A stretch of 64,000 nt of DNA from a virus. Below the pieces are notes generated by a model, which worked only from the letters and a program-made list of their open reading frames with translations, was not told where the DNA came from and did not search any database. The position numbers and the translations under genes are program-made. Where the stretch lies: IMG/VR virus record IMGVR_UViG_3300009702_000500, positions 1 through 64,000 of that record; one strand, 5' to 3'. Every line of letters begins with the position of its first letter. Within the stretch, counting starts at the first letter, position 1. Below are positions 28,893 through 37,891 of the stretch, piece by piece.

Positions 28893-29082
28893 TTCCTATT
28901 CAAGAGATGATGTTATAATACGTGTCTCCCCGCTATGTCATTACGATACCAATTTAGCCTATTCAGCTGATTTTGGACGTAATGGTGATGTGGATGGTTG
29001 GAATATTATGATGGTATTCATACATATGGTTGTTGGAATAATTTTTTATTTGGTACTTTATATAGCGATTTCTCCGTTATAG
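28885..29082 (+). CDS. True N-terminus of the ~3000-aa protein (frameshifted at ~29000)
   Basis: AAGGAG-N7-TTG. Reads ...ADFGRNGDVDGW and then degenerates; the -1 frame continues EYYDGIHTYGCW. Confidence 0.55.
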   Translation: MDNSYSRDDVIIRVSPLCHYDTNLAYSADFGRNGDVDGWNIMMVFIHMVVGIIFYLVLYIAISPL

Positions 29083-32000
29083 GTAGAATAAATCCATTCT
29101 TTCCATTTCCTGCGGAGGATTATTATATAATCACATTGTCTATGAAATTGAATATTCAGCCGCGGCTTGAAGGTCAAAAAATACCTAAAAAGGGAATGTT
29201 TGAGTGGCGCACTTTGGCAGATCCTGCTTGGGATTCAAAAAAAACTATTTTATTTGACATTGCTTCTGATAATAAGTGGCATACTTATAATGTAACTCTG
29301 GCTGACGCACAATATTGGCAAGGAGATGTTTATGATCTCAGGGTACATCCAATTTATAGTGATGGAAGAGATGGTGATGAGTTCTTTATAAGAGCTATTC
29401 AAGTTAGATCCATTAGTAAATTTTCATGTGATAAAAAGGACTGTGAATATTATCAAGCTGGTAAATACACACATCCATGTGCTGGTATAGGTGTGGCTGG
29501 GTATTGTTTGTCCAGCAACAACCATACCACCAAATTTACTATTGAAAATGTTAATGATAGTGAGTTGCTAGTAGATATTGATTTCTATGGTACAGAGAGA
29601 ATAATATTAGGTGCGTTTAATGGGCACAGTGGTTCAAAAATAGCACGATTGATAGAAAGACAACTATCATTAATTTCTATTGGTGGTTATGAGTCTGCAC
29701 AAGTAGAATTTACTGAGGATAATAGATTTAAAATACACTCTGGTTCGTTTGGAACCGATAGTAACGTAACAGTGGCTTATTCTAAGGCAGCAGTTACATT
29801 GGGGTTTTATGATGAAGACGGTAACAAAACATTTACATCATCTATTGGTAAACCTCCTGCAAATTATTCTAAACCAGCTGCGTCTTATACACTAAGTACC
29901 TACAATATTCAAGCGTTGTTCGATAATAATAACGCCACATCTATTAATTTTAATCCTTTTTCATATAACGTAGAGGCTGGTAGACGAGATTGGTTGTCGG
30001 CCGGCCCGGGTAAATCCAATGAACAATTACGTTTTACTATGGATGATGATTTCCGTAAGCACACTTATCCAGAATATAATTATGTAGTCGGATTTGATCA
30101 AACACTAATAGACTACTGTCATCCATTTAATGCTAATGGGCGTATACATGAGGTACACGCTTTAGGTACTTTAGATATTCGATACGAGAAGGTACCTGAT
30201 CCACGTTTTGGTGGTTGGTTATGTACTGAAGAAGATGATATAGGCCGTGTGACTGCTATAGGTAGTAAATTTTTAATTTTTCGGCCAAAAGCGGACGGTA
30301 CTTTAATTTGTGTAAATGAAGTTCCGATACGGGATAAGGATAAACCAAATGAGCATTTATATGATAGATACCAAATGGTTATAGAAGAGGATTGTAATTT
30401 ATTTGTTAAAAAAGGTGATCTACTTGGTATTTATAATGTAAAGTTGTATAAAGGTCCTTTATCTGATCCCCATCATGTTAATGCTTTATATTATGTATTT
30501 CCAGATAAAGTAGATGTAGGAGATGTTATATATCCCGGTTCTCTTCATGGTGATGGCACCGATGGTTTGATGATGTATGCGAGGAGTAACCAAAAACAAA
30601 GTAGATTATTATTGGATGTAGATCTTGGGAATAGATTGAATGTCGAAAATATATCTATAGTTGGCGAGCCAGAAAGCCCTAATTTGGAATATAATTTAGC
30701 CAGGTGTTTAGATATTAATTGGACATGTGATGTATTTGGGGGATGGCATACTGTTGGGTTTTTTAATAACTTTACTGGTTTCTGGGAATGGTATACAGTA
30801 GATAATTTGTATTACGGTGTTGATAAATTATACGATGGTATAACAACGGTTCCAAAGAATGGAACAGCTGCTGATGGTTGGTCTTCTTATTCTAATACCG
30901 GTGTTATTCCCGTTAATCCTCAATATTTTTGGGTTAATGGTGACCATGAGTGGTTGGGCAGGCATTATTTTGAGTATCCGTGGTATACGAAGGAAACTGT
31001 TAAGGAATTTGAACAAGACCCGATTGCTTTTACTATAAAGTTTCCATTAAATAGAAATAAAAAAATATTTAAATCAAAAATATATTTTAAAGAAGAAAAT
31101 AATTTTAAAAATTTTGCTCTTTCTTATTATGTAGATGATTTTTATTTGTCGGGGGATGCTGACAATCCACACTTTAATCTTATTCCAGACTATACCGCTG
31201 TTACTCTGGATAAAATTAGGTATGTAAAACACGATCGTAACTATAGTCAAGTAGACGTCTACTTATTCAGTAATCCTTCAATTGGTCATATGAATTTAGA
31301 ATATGTAAATGGTCCAGGATTGTATTATCCAGGGGATGCTACTCTTCCTGGACATGCTTCTTATTTTGCTAATTTTAAAATTACTAATAGCACTTCCACA
31401 CATCAAGCTGCTAATTTAGAATGGAAAACAATTACACATGAATGGGAACCTTTGGATGCTAAAGGGTTTAGAGTATATACAAATTACCATAGATCTACAA
31501 AAATTTTAGAAATGGAGATATATGGATTTGCTCCTGATACAGGGTCTAGTTTAGTTGGTGGTATGTTTATAAATTATTCTTTATATGGTACGTATTGGAT
31601 TAATTCTGATTTGTATCAAGAAGGAGAAACTCGTGTGGTAGCTCCTGTGGGGGACACACCAAGATATTTTACCATAGATATAAATCCTATTTTACCTACT
31701 AGATTTAGTGACATAATACTCAATGTTAGCATGGATGATGTATTTGTAGAAGATAATAGTTGTGAGAATATAGTTTTGTTGGAAAATAACGGTCTTGATG
31801 CTACCGGTGAAACTAAAGAAATCGTGTTAAAAAACTATTACGGTGTGCCTTATGATTTATATGTAGATATATTACGAACCACTTCAGATAATTTAAGTAC
31901 GGTGTTTTATAATAAATTTAATGGTTACGACTCATTAAAGAGATCGGATAGAGGTCCTAGAGTAAACTTGAGTAAGAGTTATGACTATCCAATAAAAAAT

Positions 32001-35000
32001 GATAATTACAATGTATCTATAAATTGTGATTGTTATGCTTTGAAAGATTCCATCATTGGAAAATTGGCATATTATACTTATGATGATGGTAACATATGGA
32101 AAGAATTTAATAATGGTGAGAGACTGACAGACAATCTTATACAGTTTCAAAACATTACTAAAGGTGTCTATAGTGTTATTCATATTCCAGTATTAAGTAG
32201 AAATAGATATTGGAGGATAGCTCTTTTATGTAAAGATAATAATTGGAAGATAAGAGAAATTAGAGCTTATTATGAAGGTGTAGAATTGGACGCTCTTTAT
32301 TATCATGATAAAGACATAGACCTTATATATGGCGCAGCTGTTGATACAGCACCACATTTGAATAATAAATCCGTATCTGGAAGTTATTATGAAATAAAAG
32401 ATAGACAATATATAACTTTGGATTTAGGTTCTCCAAAATCTATAGATAAACTTGTTATATATCATGATTATAAGAGAGATTCTGTAGACTATGTAAGCAA
32501 TAGTACAACGGAATTAAATACTTATTGTGGTGTTGACAGATATACAACATGTTATCTACTTGAAGATAAATTTAATGATACCATTTTTGATTATAGTTAT
32601 TATGAAAATGATGTCATTAAACATGGCAATATAGAGATAGATTCTTCTATAACCACAGTTTCAGGTAGTTATAAAGCAGATTTTTCTTCACCGGTTTCCG
32701 TTGCGGAATGGGAGGCAGTGGAGTGGTGGAATGGTAATACTCGTTATTACGTTCTTCAACATTTAACATATTTTGATTGGGTACCACCAAGCGGTACAGT
32801 AGTTAGTGGTACATATGAATATCCTGGATATCTTGATTTTTCCATAGAAGGCTATAATACTACCGGCTTTTATTCAAGTATTAGACGTTCAGTAGACGAG
32901 GAAAAAGAATTTTATTGGGGTGTCCGTGTGATAAATAGTCAAAATGCCCCGCAAATAGAGCTTAAGTTTGTTTTAGAAGTGAATGATTTTCAAAGTGGTT
33001 CAGTAAATGTGGGGTTTTTAGATGGTTCTAAGTTGGGTCACTCTTATGCTGAATATTTATGGGGTTGTCATGTAGAAATAAGATTTGACGGTACGTACAT
33101 ATATGTTGTTACAGATTCAGTATTTCAAGGTAAATATAATAGTCCTAACTTTGGTACTTGTCAGCTGGACACTAAATATTATTTTAAAATGACTTATGAC
33201 GGTATTTCTCTTTATACACTCAGTGTTTGGGAAGATGATTTTGATGGTGATGTTCTTGCTTTTACTGGTAATTGGACTGATACCCATATATGGTCGTCAG
33301 AGTATATTGGAATAGCTAGTGCACGTAACCATACATATCCTGATAATTATGTTAAGGGCAAATTATACCATTTTGAAATTAACACCAATTTATCTTCAGA
33401 TGGAATAGTGATGCCTGGTAGCACTGGTAGTATTAAATTTGATGGTGATTCTTATATAACAGTTCCTAAAATTGAAGCGTTTAGAATTGAACAACGATGG
33501 GCGTCAATTGATTTTTGGCTAAAACCAACAGAATTACCAAGAGCACTTAGAGACGTTTCATCAAAAGATCATCAAATTGAGTATAAAGGACTGGAGTTGT
33601 TTAAACCTAGTGAGGGATATGTTGGTTGGGCATATCAGCTAAAAGATCCTGACAGTTTTATAATAGTTAGGGATAAAAGTTATTTTGATTTTAGGTATGA
33701 TGATTTTACGATAGATTTGTATTGTAAGTTTATGCTTTTTGGTTCAGCTAAGATGACGCTTTTCTATAGAAAAGACACCCTCCATCTCTATTATGATGGT
33801 GTCGAGAGTAAGTTGGTTTTTGAAAGTGGGGACGTGTTGCTTACTAGTTCACACTGGTATGATCCAGTTCGCGATGGATATGTACATATAGCTGTTAGTA
33901 GGGCTGGTAATGATATTTATTTATTTTTAAATGGTAATATAGAGGATAGTACTGTTATATCAGGAACTTTAGGGTATTATGAGGACACTGATACATGCTG
34001 GGCAAAATGGTCAAGTGGCTTTAACAAAAATGATATGTATATAGGTATGGCTAGTGTTGATGACAGTGTTACTGACCCATTTTTGGGTATAATAGAAGAG
34101 GCACGTATTACTAAAGGGTTTGCTAGGTGGTCTTCGCCCTTTACTCCCCCCACAAGTAAATTTGTGCCAGATGAATATACTATTTTATTAGTAAGAGGCC
34201 AACGTAATTATTCAGTTGTTCTACAACAGCGTAAAACGGATTTGGAAGACCATTTATCAGATCCTGATAATCAATTTGCATTAGTATTAAGCAAATCTAC
34301 TAGTTACTCTAATAAATATACACTAGAAATATTATATAATGATAATGCTGCTATCAATAAAGCATTACATTTATCAATTTTTAGACCCAATCGATGGACA
34401 CATGTTACATTTGTTATTAGAGGACGTTATAGTAAGACTAGAATAGCAGTAGATGGTCTGTATGCTTCACTAGACTATGGGGGTACTCCTAATATAACTG
34501 GATTAAGTGATTTAGAAATAGGTAAATACTTTAAAGGTAATATAACTAATTTAAGAATTTCTCGCGGCGATAGGAATAATCCCAGAGGTAAGTCCAGATA
34601 TTATGATAAAGATTATAATTATCGATACATACCTATACCTACTAAAATGTTATTTGGTAGATTATATACAATGTCTTTCTATGTTAGTGATACTAATGAA
34701 ATTTATGGTAAATATTGTGATGTGGATATGCGATATGAGAGCCAATACAGTTACTATTTTCCAGGGTCCTTATTTAGCTATAAATATTTTTCAATGTTTG
34801 CCGTTGATTTAGAAAAAAGATATAGTCTTGAATTTTTGAGAAACTACGCTAGTCCTAATGCTACAGATTTATCACTGTATAATAATGCACTCTATTCAAA
34901 TGCTGATACATCCAATGTCAACGAGGCATTTAAACACATTTCTTCGGAAGAATTGGATACTTCTTTTGTTGCACAAGATTACTCCATTCCTAAATTGTGG

Positions 35001-37886
35001 AATAGAGAAGAAACTAGTGTAAGCCATGTTTATATTTTTGACAATAAGATGTATATGAAAGTAAATGGTGCATCATCTTACGAGGATACAGCTAAATCTC
35101 TTTTCAAATATGGATTTATGTTAGATTTTGATATACAATTTGATTATATTTTAAGTGACAGACAAGACAACACTTCTTGGTCACTCGTTCTTGTTCTACA
35201 AGACCCATTAAACTCACGTATTACTGTTACATTTGAAATTGGGTTTATATCAGGTCGCATTATTTTTAGAATAGCTATTAGTGACGATGAGGATAATATA
35301 TCAGAAAGATATTTTACTCCTATTACTGTTTTTGTTCCTATCAAAGGGAGTATGAAGGTTAAACGCGTTGGTTCCGTTGTAACTTTTTATACAAAAGACA
35401 TTGATAAAAGTGTGTGGAGTTTAATATATGAATATAGATTCATATATAATGAATGGACCAGGACTTCATTAAGCTTCATACTTAAAAGCGTGGCCCCAGG
35501 ATACCCACTTGCATCAGTATATATTGATAATTTCATAATTAATGTTGGGAAAATGTATTATAATGATCCGAAAGATGCTCGCTGGGTTATGGTTACTTTG
35601 CTTAACGGTGATGGTACTAATAGACTATTAGAACGATTTAATATTTTTACTGAAGTTAGTACACAACTTGCTCCAGGAGGGGGTTATAATAATGATTGGG
35701 AACCTTTAGGTTCTTCTATAACCGCTTATGCTTCTGGTAATAAGAATGTGGCCTTTGGCGCAATGGTTAGTGGTACAAAGACATTTGGTGTTATGGACAG
35801 TCAGTATTTAGTTGATGGTGAAGCATTATATGACATGTCTAAGTGTTGGGGTGTGTCCGGAGATATACCAGAACCATATTTTGTATTAGATCTTGGAAAA
35901 GTATATGATGTTTATAGATTTGTTTTAAAACATGGAGCACAAGAGTATAATGATCAAGGTGCTAGGGATGATCATATGATCTATGACTACACTATAGCAG
36001 TTGCTGAAGAACAAGATAATTTTACTACAGTGTTTAATATAACTGATAATGATAGTTATGAACGTACTCATGATTTAATGTCATCTGTTAAAGCAAGATG
36101 GGTCAAAGTACAAGTATTCGATTTTGCAAAAAGCCAAACACAAATGCCTATAGGTGATGGTACTTATGGTTTTTTCGATGGCCCAGCTCTTAGAGAAATA
36201 GAAGTTTATGAGAACTATGGTTTTTCTATTATAAATAGTGATGACACACCTATAATAGCACTTAATTTAAAGTACCAATTTTATATATCTAATACACCCA
36301 ATGGCGTGGGGCCATGGGCAGAAGATGATACAAAAGATTGGACACACGACCCCACTAATTATACATATTCAGATTCTGTTGTTGATGAGCCGGAGAAAGT
36401 ATTATTTGGTAAGTGGGGTGACACCCCTAATTATGAAAGGTGGGTGGTAAGCAAAGATTTAAATGCTACTAATCATAATGCTGGTAAAAAGTATTTAAAA
36501 TATTTAAAGGTGTTTGGTAACGAGAAGCCTAATATCATTGAATACCCAGAGTGGTGGGGCTCTAATAAAAGTATACTTAGTAGCTCTTATGCACACACTT
36601 ATTACACATGTACAAGGGCTTTAAGAATAGAATATCCAAAGTCTAGCGTAAATGAAAGAATCTACTTTAGAGAGGGAGATGATTTTGGTATAGATGAAAA
36701 GTGTAGTTGGAGAGATGCGATGGCGTTTAGATGGTATATAGAAGATTATGATGCCATAGATTGGACATACGGTGAATTTTATTTTGGTGGTCTTGATGGA
36801 ACTTCACGAAAGCAGCCGGTTATATATCATTGGGATTTTACTTCTTTATCCGGTTCAGTACAGAGTGGTTGGAATAATATGTTTTTAAGATTTAAAAGTG
36901 CGGATCATTTGGACTATAATGCTTCGGAAGGTGTTATAGACACTGACCCAAGGACGCCAAATGAGATATTATTTGGTACTTTTGGTTTCTTTTTTAGAGG
37001 TAATGACACAAAAAATGTTATATTTGAAATAGATGGGTTATTGATATCTAGAAATATATTTGAAGATAAAGTTAATGATGTTCCTGGTTTGTATTTGTCT
37101 GAAAACGATAGTGTTACAATGCCGTTCTCTAATATTAATTTATCTGCTGGTGCTGTAAGTATGTGGATTAGACCGGATACTACTATTAGAGGCATAGATT
37201 CTTATGGTAAAACAGCCTCTCGTAGTATTTTTAATCTAACTAGTACAGCTAATGATTCGTTTGGTTGTATCATAACTTCTGTAGGATTTCTTATATACTA
37301 TGGAAATACTTTGACTGGTACTTTTAATAGGTTGTTCTTGAATGCAATTAACGATTCTGTTATAAGAATAGATGAGCCATGGCATTTTGGAATTGCTTTT
37401 TCTAATAACGGTAAGGGCATTGATTCATCTGGGGCTACAATAAAATTGTTTATTAATGGGGTTTTGTCCTTTACATATAGGGAGACTTGGACATATGAAG
37501 ATGATAAGTTTTATACCTTTATTTTTGGCGGTACGGGTTCGGCCAATGCAACGTTTGATCTTCCAGGGGAAGCTAAATCCATTTCGGCAGTAATTTCTGA
37601 AGTTAAAATTTATAACTACGCTAAAACAGATTTTTATAAAGATATGTTTGTTTATGATAAGACGGATTATGACTATGAGGTAGCATCATCATCAGATTTA
37701 ATAGAAATATCAAAGGATAATGTAACCTTTTATAAGATAGATGACCCACATCTTCCTTTCTTTTATGAAAAAGTTCCTAATGGTGACTCTGTCACTGTTT
37801 ATTCTAGGACTGTTTTACCAAACAAAATTAGCAATGCTGTATCTAGGACTGCGAGACTACTTGCTCAATGGGATATAGGAGTATAA
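28998..37886 (+). CDS. Giant multidomain adhesin/tail protein (CBM-like, sheath-insertion-like, F5/8C and LamG domains)
   Basis: DNKWHTYNVTL...WQGDVYDLRVHP (CBM-like). FTIDLY...HIAVSRAGNDIYLFLNG...IEEARITKG (LamG). NVAFGA...LVDG...LDLGKVYDV...ARWVKV...LREIEVY (F5/8C). GAVSMWIRP...WHFGIAF...ISEVKIYNY (LamG). Confidence 0.75.
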   Translation: MEYYDGIHTYGCWNNFLFGTLYSDFSVIGRINPFFPFPAEDYYIITLSMKLNIQPRLEGQKIPKKGMFEWRTLADPAWDSKKTILFDIASDNKWHTYNVTLADAQYWQGDVYDLRVHPIYSDGRDGDEFFIRAIQVRSISKFSCDKKDCEYYQAGKYTHPCAGIGVAGYCLSSNNHTTKFTIENVNDSELLVDIDFYGTERIILGAFNGHSGSKIARLIERQLSLISIGGYESAQVEFTEDNRFKIHSGSFGTDSNVTVAYSKAAVTLGFYDEDGNKTFTSSIGKPPANYSKPAASYTLSTYNIQALFDNNNATSINFNPFSYNVEAGRRDWLSAGPGKSNEQLRFTMDDDFRKHTYPEYNYVVGFDQTLIDYCHPFNANGRIHEVHALGTLDIRYEKVPDPRFGGWLCTEEDDIGRVTAIGSKFLIFRPKADGTLICVNEVPIRDKDKPNEHLYDRYQMVIEEDCNLFVKKGDLLGIYNVKLYKGPLSDPHHVNALYYVFPDKVDVGDVIYPGSLHGDGTDGLMMYARSNQKQSRLLLDVDLGNRLNVENISIVGEPESPNLEYNLARCLDINWTCDVFGGWHTVGFFNNFTGFWEWYTVDNLYYGVDKLYDGITTVPKNGTAADGWSSYSNTGVIPVNPQYFWVNGDHEWLGRHYFEYPWYTKETVKEFEQDPIAFTIKFPLNRNKKIFKSKIYFKEENNFKNFALSYYVDDFYLSGDADNPHFNLIPDYTAVTLDKIRYVKHDRNYSQVDVYLFSNPSIGHMNLEYVNGPGLYYPGDATLPGHASYFANFKITNSTSTHQAANLEWKTITHEWEPLDAKGFRVYTNYHRSTKILEMEIYGFAPDTGSSLVGGMFINYSLYGTYWINSDLYQEGETRVVAPVGDTPRYFTIDINPILPTRFSDIILNVSMDDVFVEDNSCENIVLLENNGLDATGETKEIVLKNYYGVPYDLYVDILRTTSDNLSTVFYNKFNGYDSLKRSDRGPRVNLSKSYDYPIKNDNYNVSINCDCYALKDSIIGKLAYYTYDDGNIWKEFNNGERLTDNLIQFQNITKGVYSVIHIPVLSRNRYWRIALLCKDNNWKIREIRAYYEGVELDALYYHDKDIDLIYGAAVDTAPHLNNKSVSGSYYEIKDRQYITLDLGSPKSIDKLVIYHDYKRDSVDYVSNSTTELNTYCGVDRYTTCYLLEDKFNDTIFDYSYYENDVIKHGNIEIDSSITTVSGSYKADFSSPVSVAEWEAVEWWNGNTRYYVLQHLTYFDWVPPSGTVVSGTYEYPGYLDFSIEGYNTTGFYSSIRRSVDEEKEFYWGVRVINSQNAPQIELKFVLEVNDFQSGSVNVGFLDGSKLGHSYAEYLWGCHVEIRFDGTYIYVVTDSVFQGKYNSPNFGTCQLDTKYYFKMTYDGISLYTLSVWEDDFDGDVLAFTGNWTDTHIWSSEYIGIASARNHTYPDNYVKGKLYHFEINTNLSSDGIVMPGSTGSIKFDGDSYITVPKIEAFRIEQRWASIDFWLKPTELPRALRDVSSKDHQIEYKGLELFKPSEGYVGWAYQLKDPDSFIIVRDKSYFDFRYDDFTIDLYCKFMLFGSAKMTLFYRKDTLHLYYDGVESKLVFESGDVLLTSSHWYDPVRDGYVHIAVSRAGNDIYLFLNGNIEDSTVISGTLGYYEDTDTCWAKWSSGFNKNDMYIGMASVDDSVTDPFLGIIEEARITKGFARWSSPFTPPTSKFVPDEYTILLVRGQRNYSVVLQQRKTDLEDHLSDPDNQFALVLSKSTSYSNKYTLEILYNDNAAINKALHLSIFRPNRWTHVTFVIRGRYSKTRIAVDGLYASLDYGGTPNITGLSDLEIGKYFKGNITNLRISRGDRNNPRGKSRYYDKDYNYRYIPIPTKMLFGRLYTMSFYVSDTNEIYGKYCDVDMRYESQYSYYFPGSLFSYKYFSMFAVDLEKRYSLEFLRNYASPNATDLSLYNNALYSNADTSNVNEAFKHISSEELDTSFVAQDYSIPKLWNREETSVSHVYIFDNKMYMKVNGASSYEDTAKSLFKYGFMLDFDIQFDYILSDRQDNTSWSLVLVLQDPLNSRITVTFEIGFISGRIIFRIAISDDEDNISERYFTPITVFVPIKGSMKVKRVGSVVTFYTKDIDKSVWSLIYEYRFIYNEWTRTSLSFILKSVAPGYPLASVYIDNFIINVGKMYYNDPKDARWVMVTLLNGDGTNRLLERFNIFTEVSTQLAPGGGYNNDWEPLGSSITAYASGNKNVAFGAMVSGTKTFGVMDSQYLVDGEALYDMSKCWGVSGDIPEPYFVLDLGKVYDVYRFVLKHGAQEYNDQGARDDHMIYDYTIAVAEEQDNFTTVFNITDNDSYERTHDLMSSVKARWVKVQVFDFAKSQTQMPIGDGTYGFFDGPALREIEVYENYGFSIINSDDTPIIALNLKYQFYISNTPNGVGPWAEDDTKDWTHDPTNYTYSDSVVDEPEKVLFGKWGDTPNYERWVVSKDLNATNHNAGKKYLKYLKVFGNEKPNIIEYPEWWGSNKSILSSSYAHTYYTCTRALRIEYPKSSVNERIYFREGDDFGIDEKCSWRDAMAFRWYIEDYDAIDWTYGEFYFGGLDGTSRKQPVIYHWDFTSLSGSVQSGWNNMFLRFKSADHLDYNASEGVIDTDPRTPNEILFGTFGFFFRGNDTKNVIFEIDGLLISRNIFEDKVNDVPGLYLSENDSVTMPFSNINLSAGAVSMWIRPDTTIRGIDSYGKTASRSIFNLTSTANDSFGCIITSVGFLIYYGNTLTGTFNRLFLNAINDSVIRIDEPWHFGIAFSNNGKGIDSSGATIKLFINGVLSFTYRETWTYEDDKFYTFIFGGTGSANATFDLPGEAKSISAVISEVKIYNYAKTDFYKDMFVYDKTDYDYEVASSSDLIEISKDNVTFYKIDDPHLPFFYEKVPNGDSVTVYSRTVLPNKISNAVSRTARLLAQWDIGV

Positions 37887-37891
37887 GATCC

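Noticed and set aside
26121-29020. Canonical programmed -1 frameshift of the tail-chaperone type
   Set aside because: Neither site has an X-XXY-YYZ heptamer and neither lies upstream of the TMP. Retained only as probable indels.
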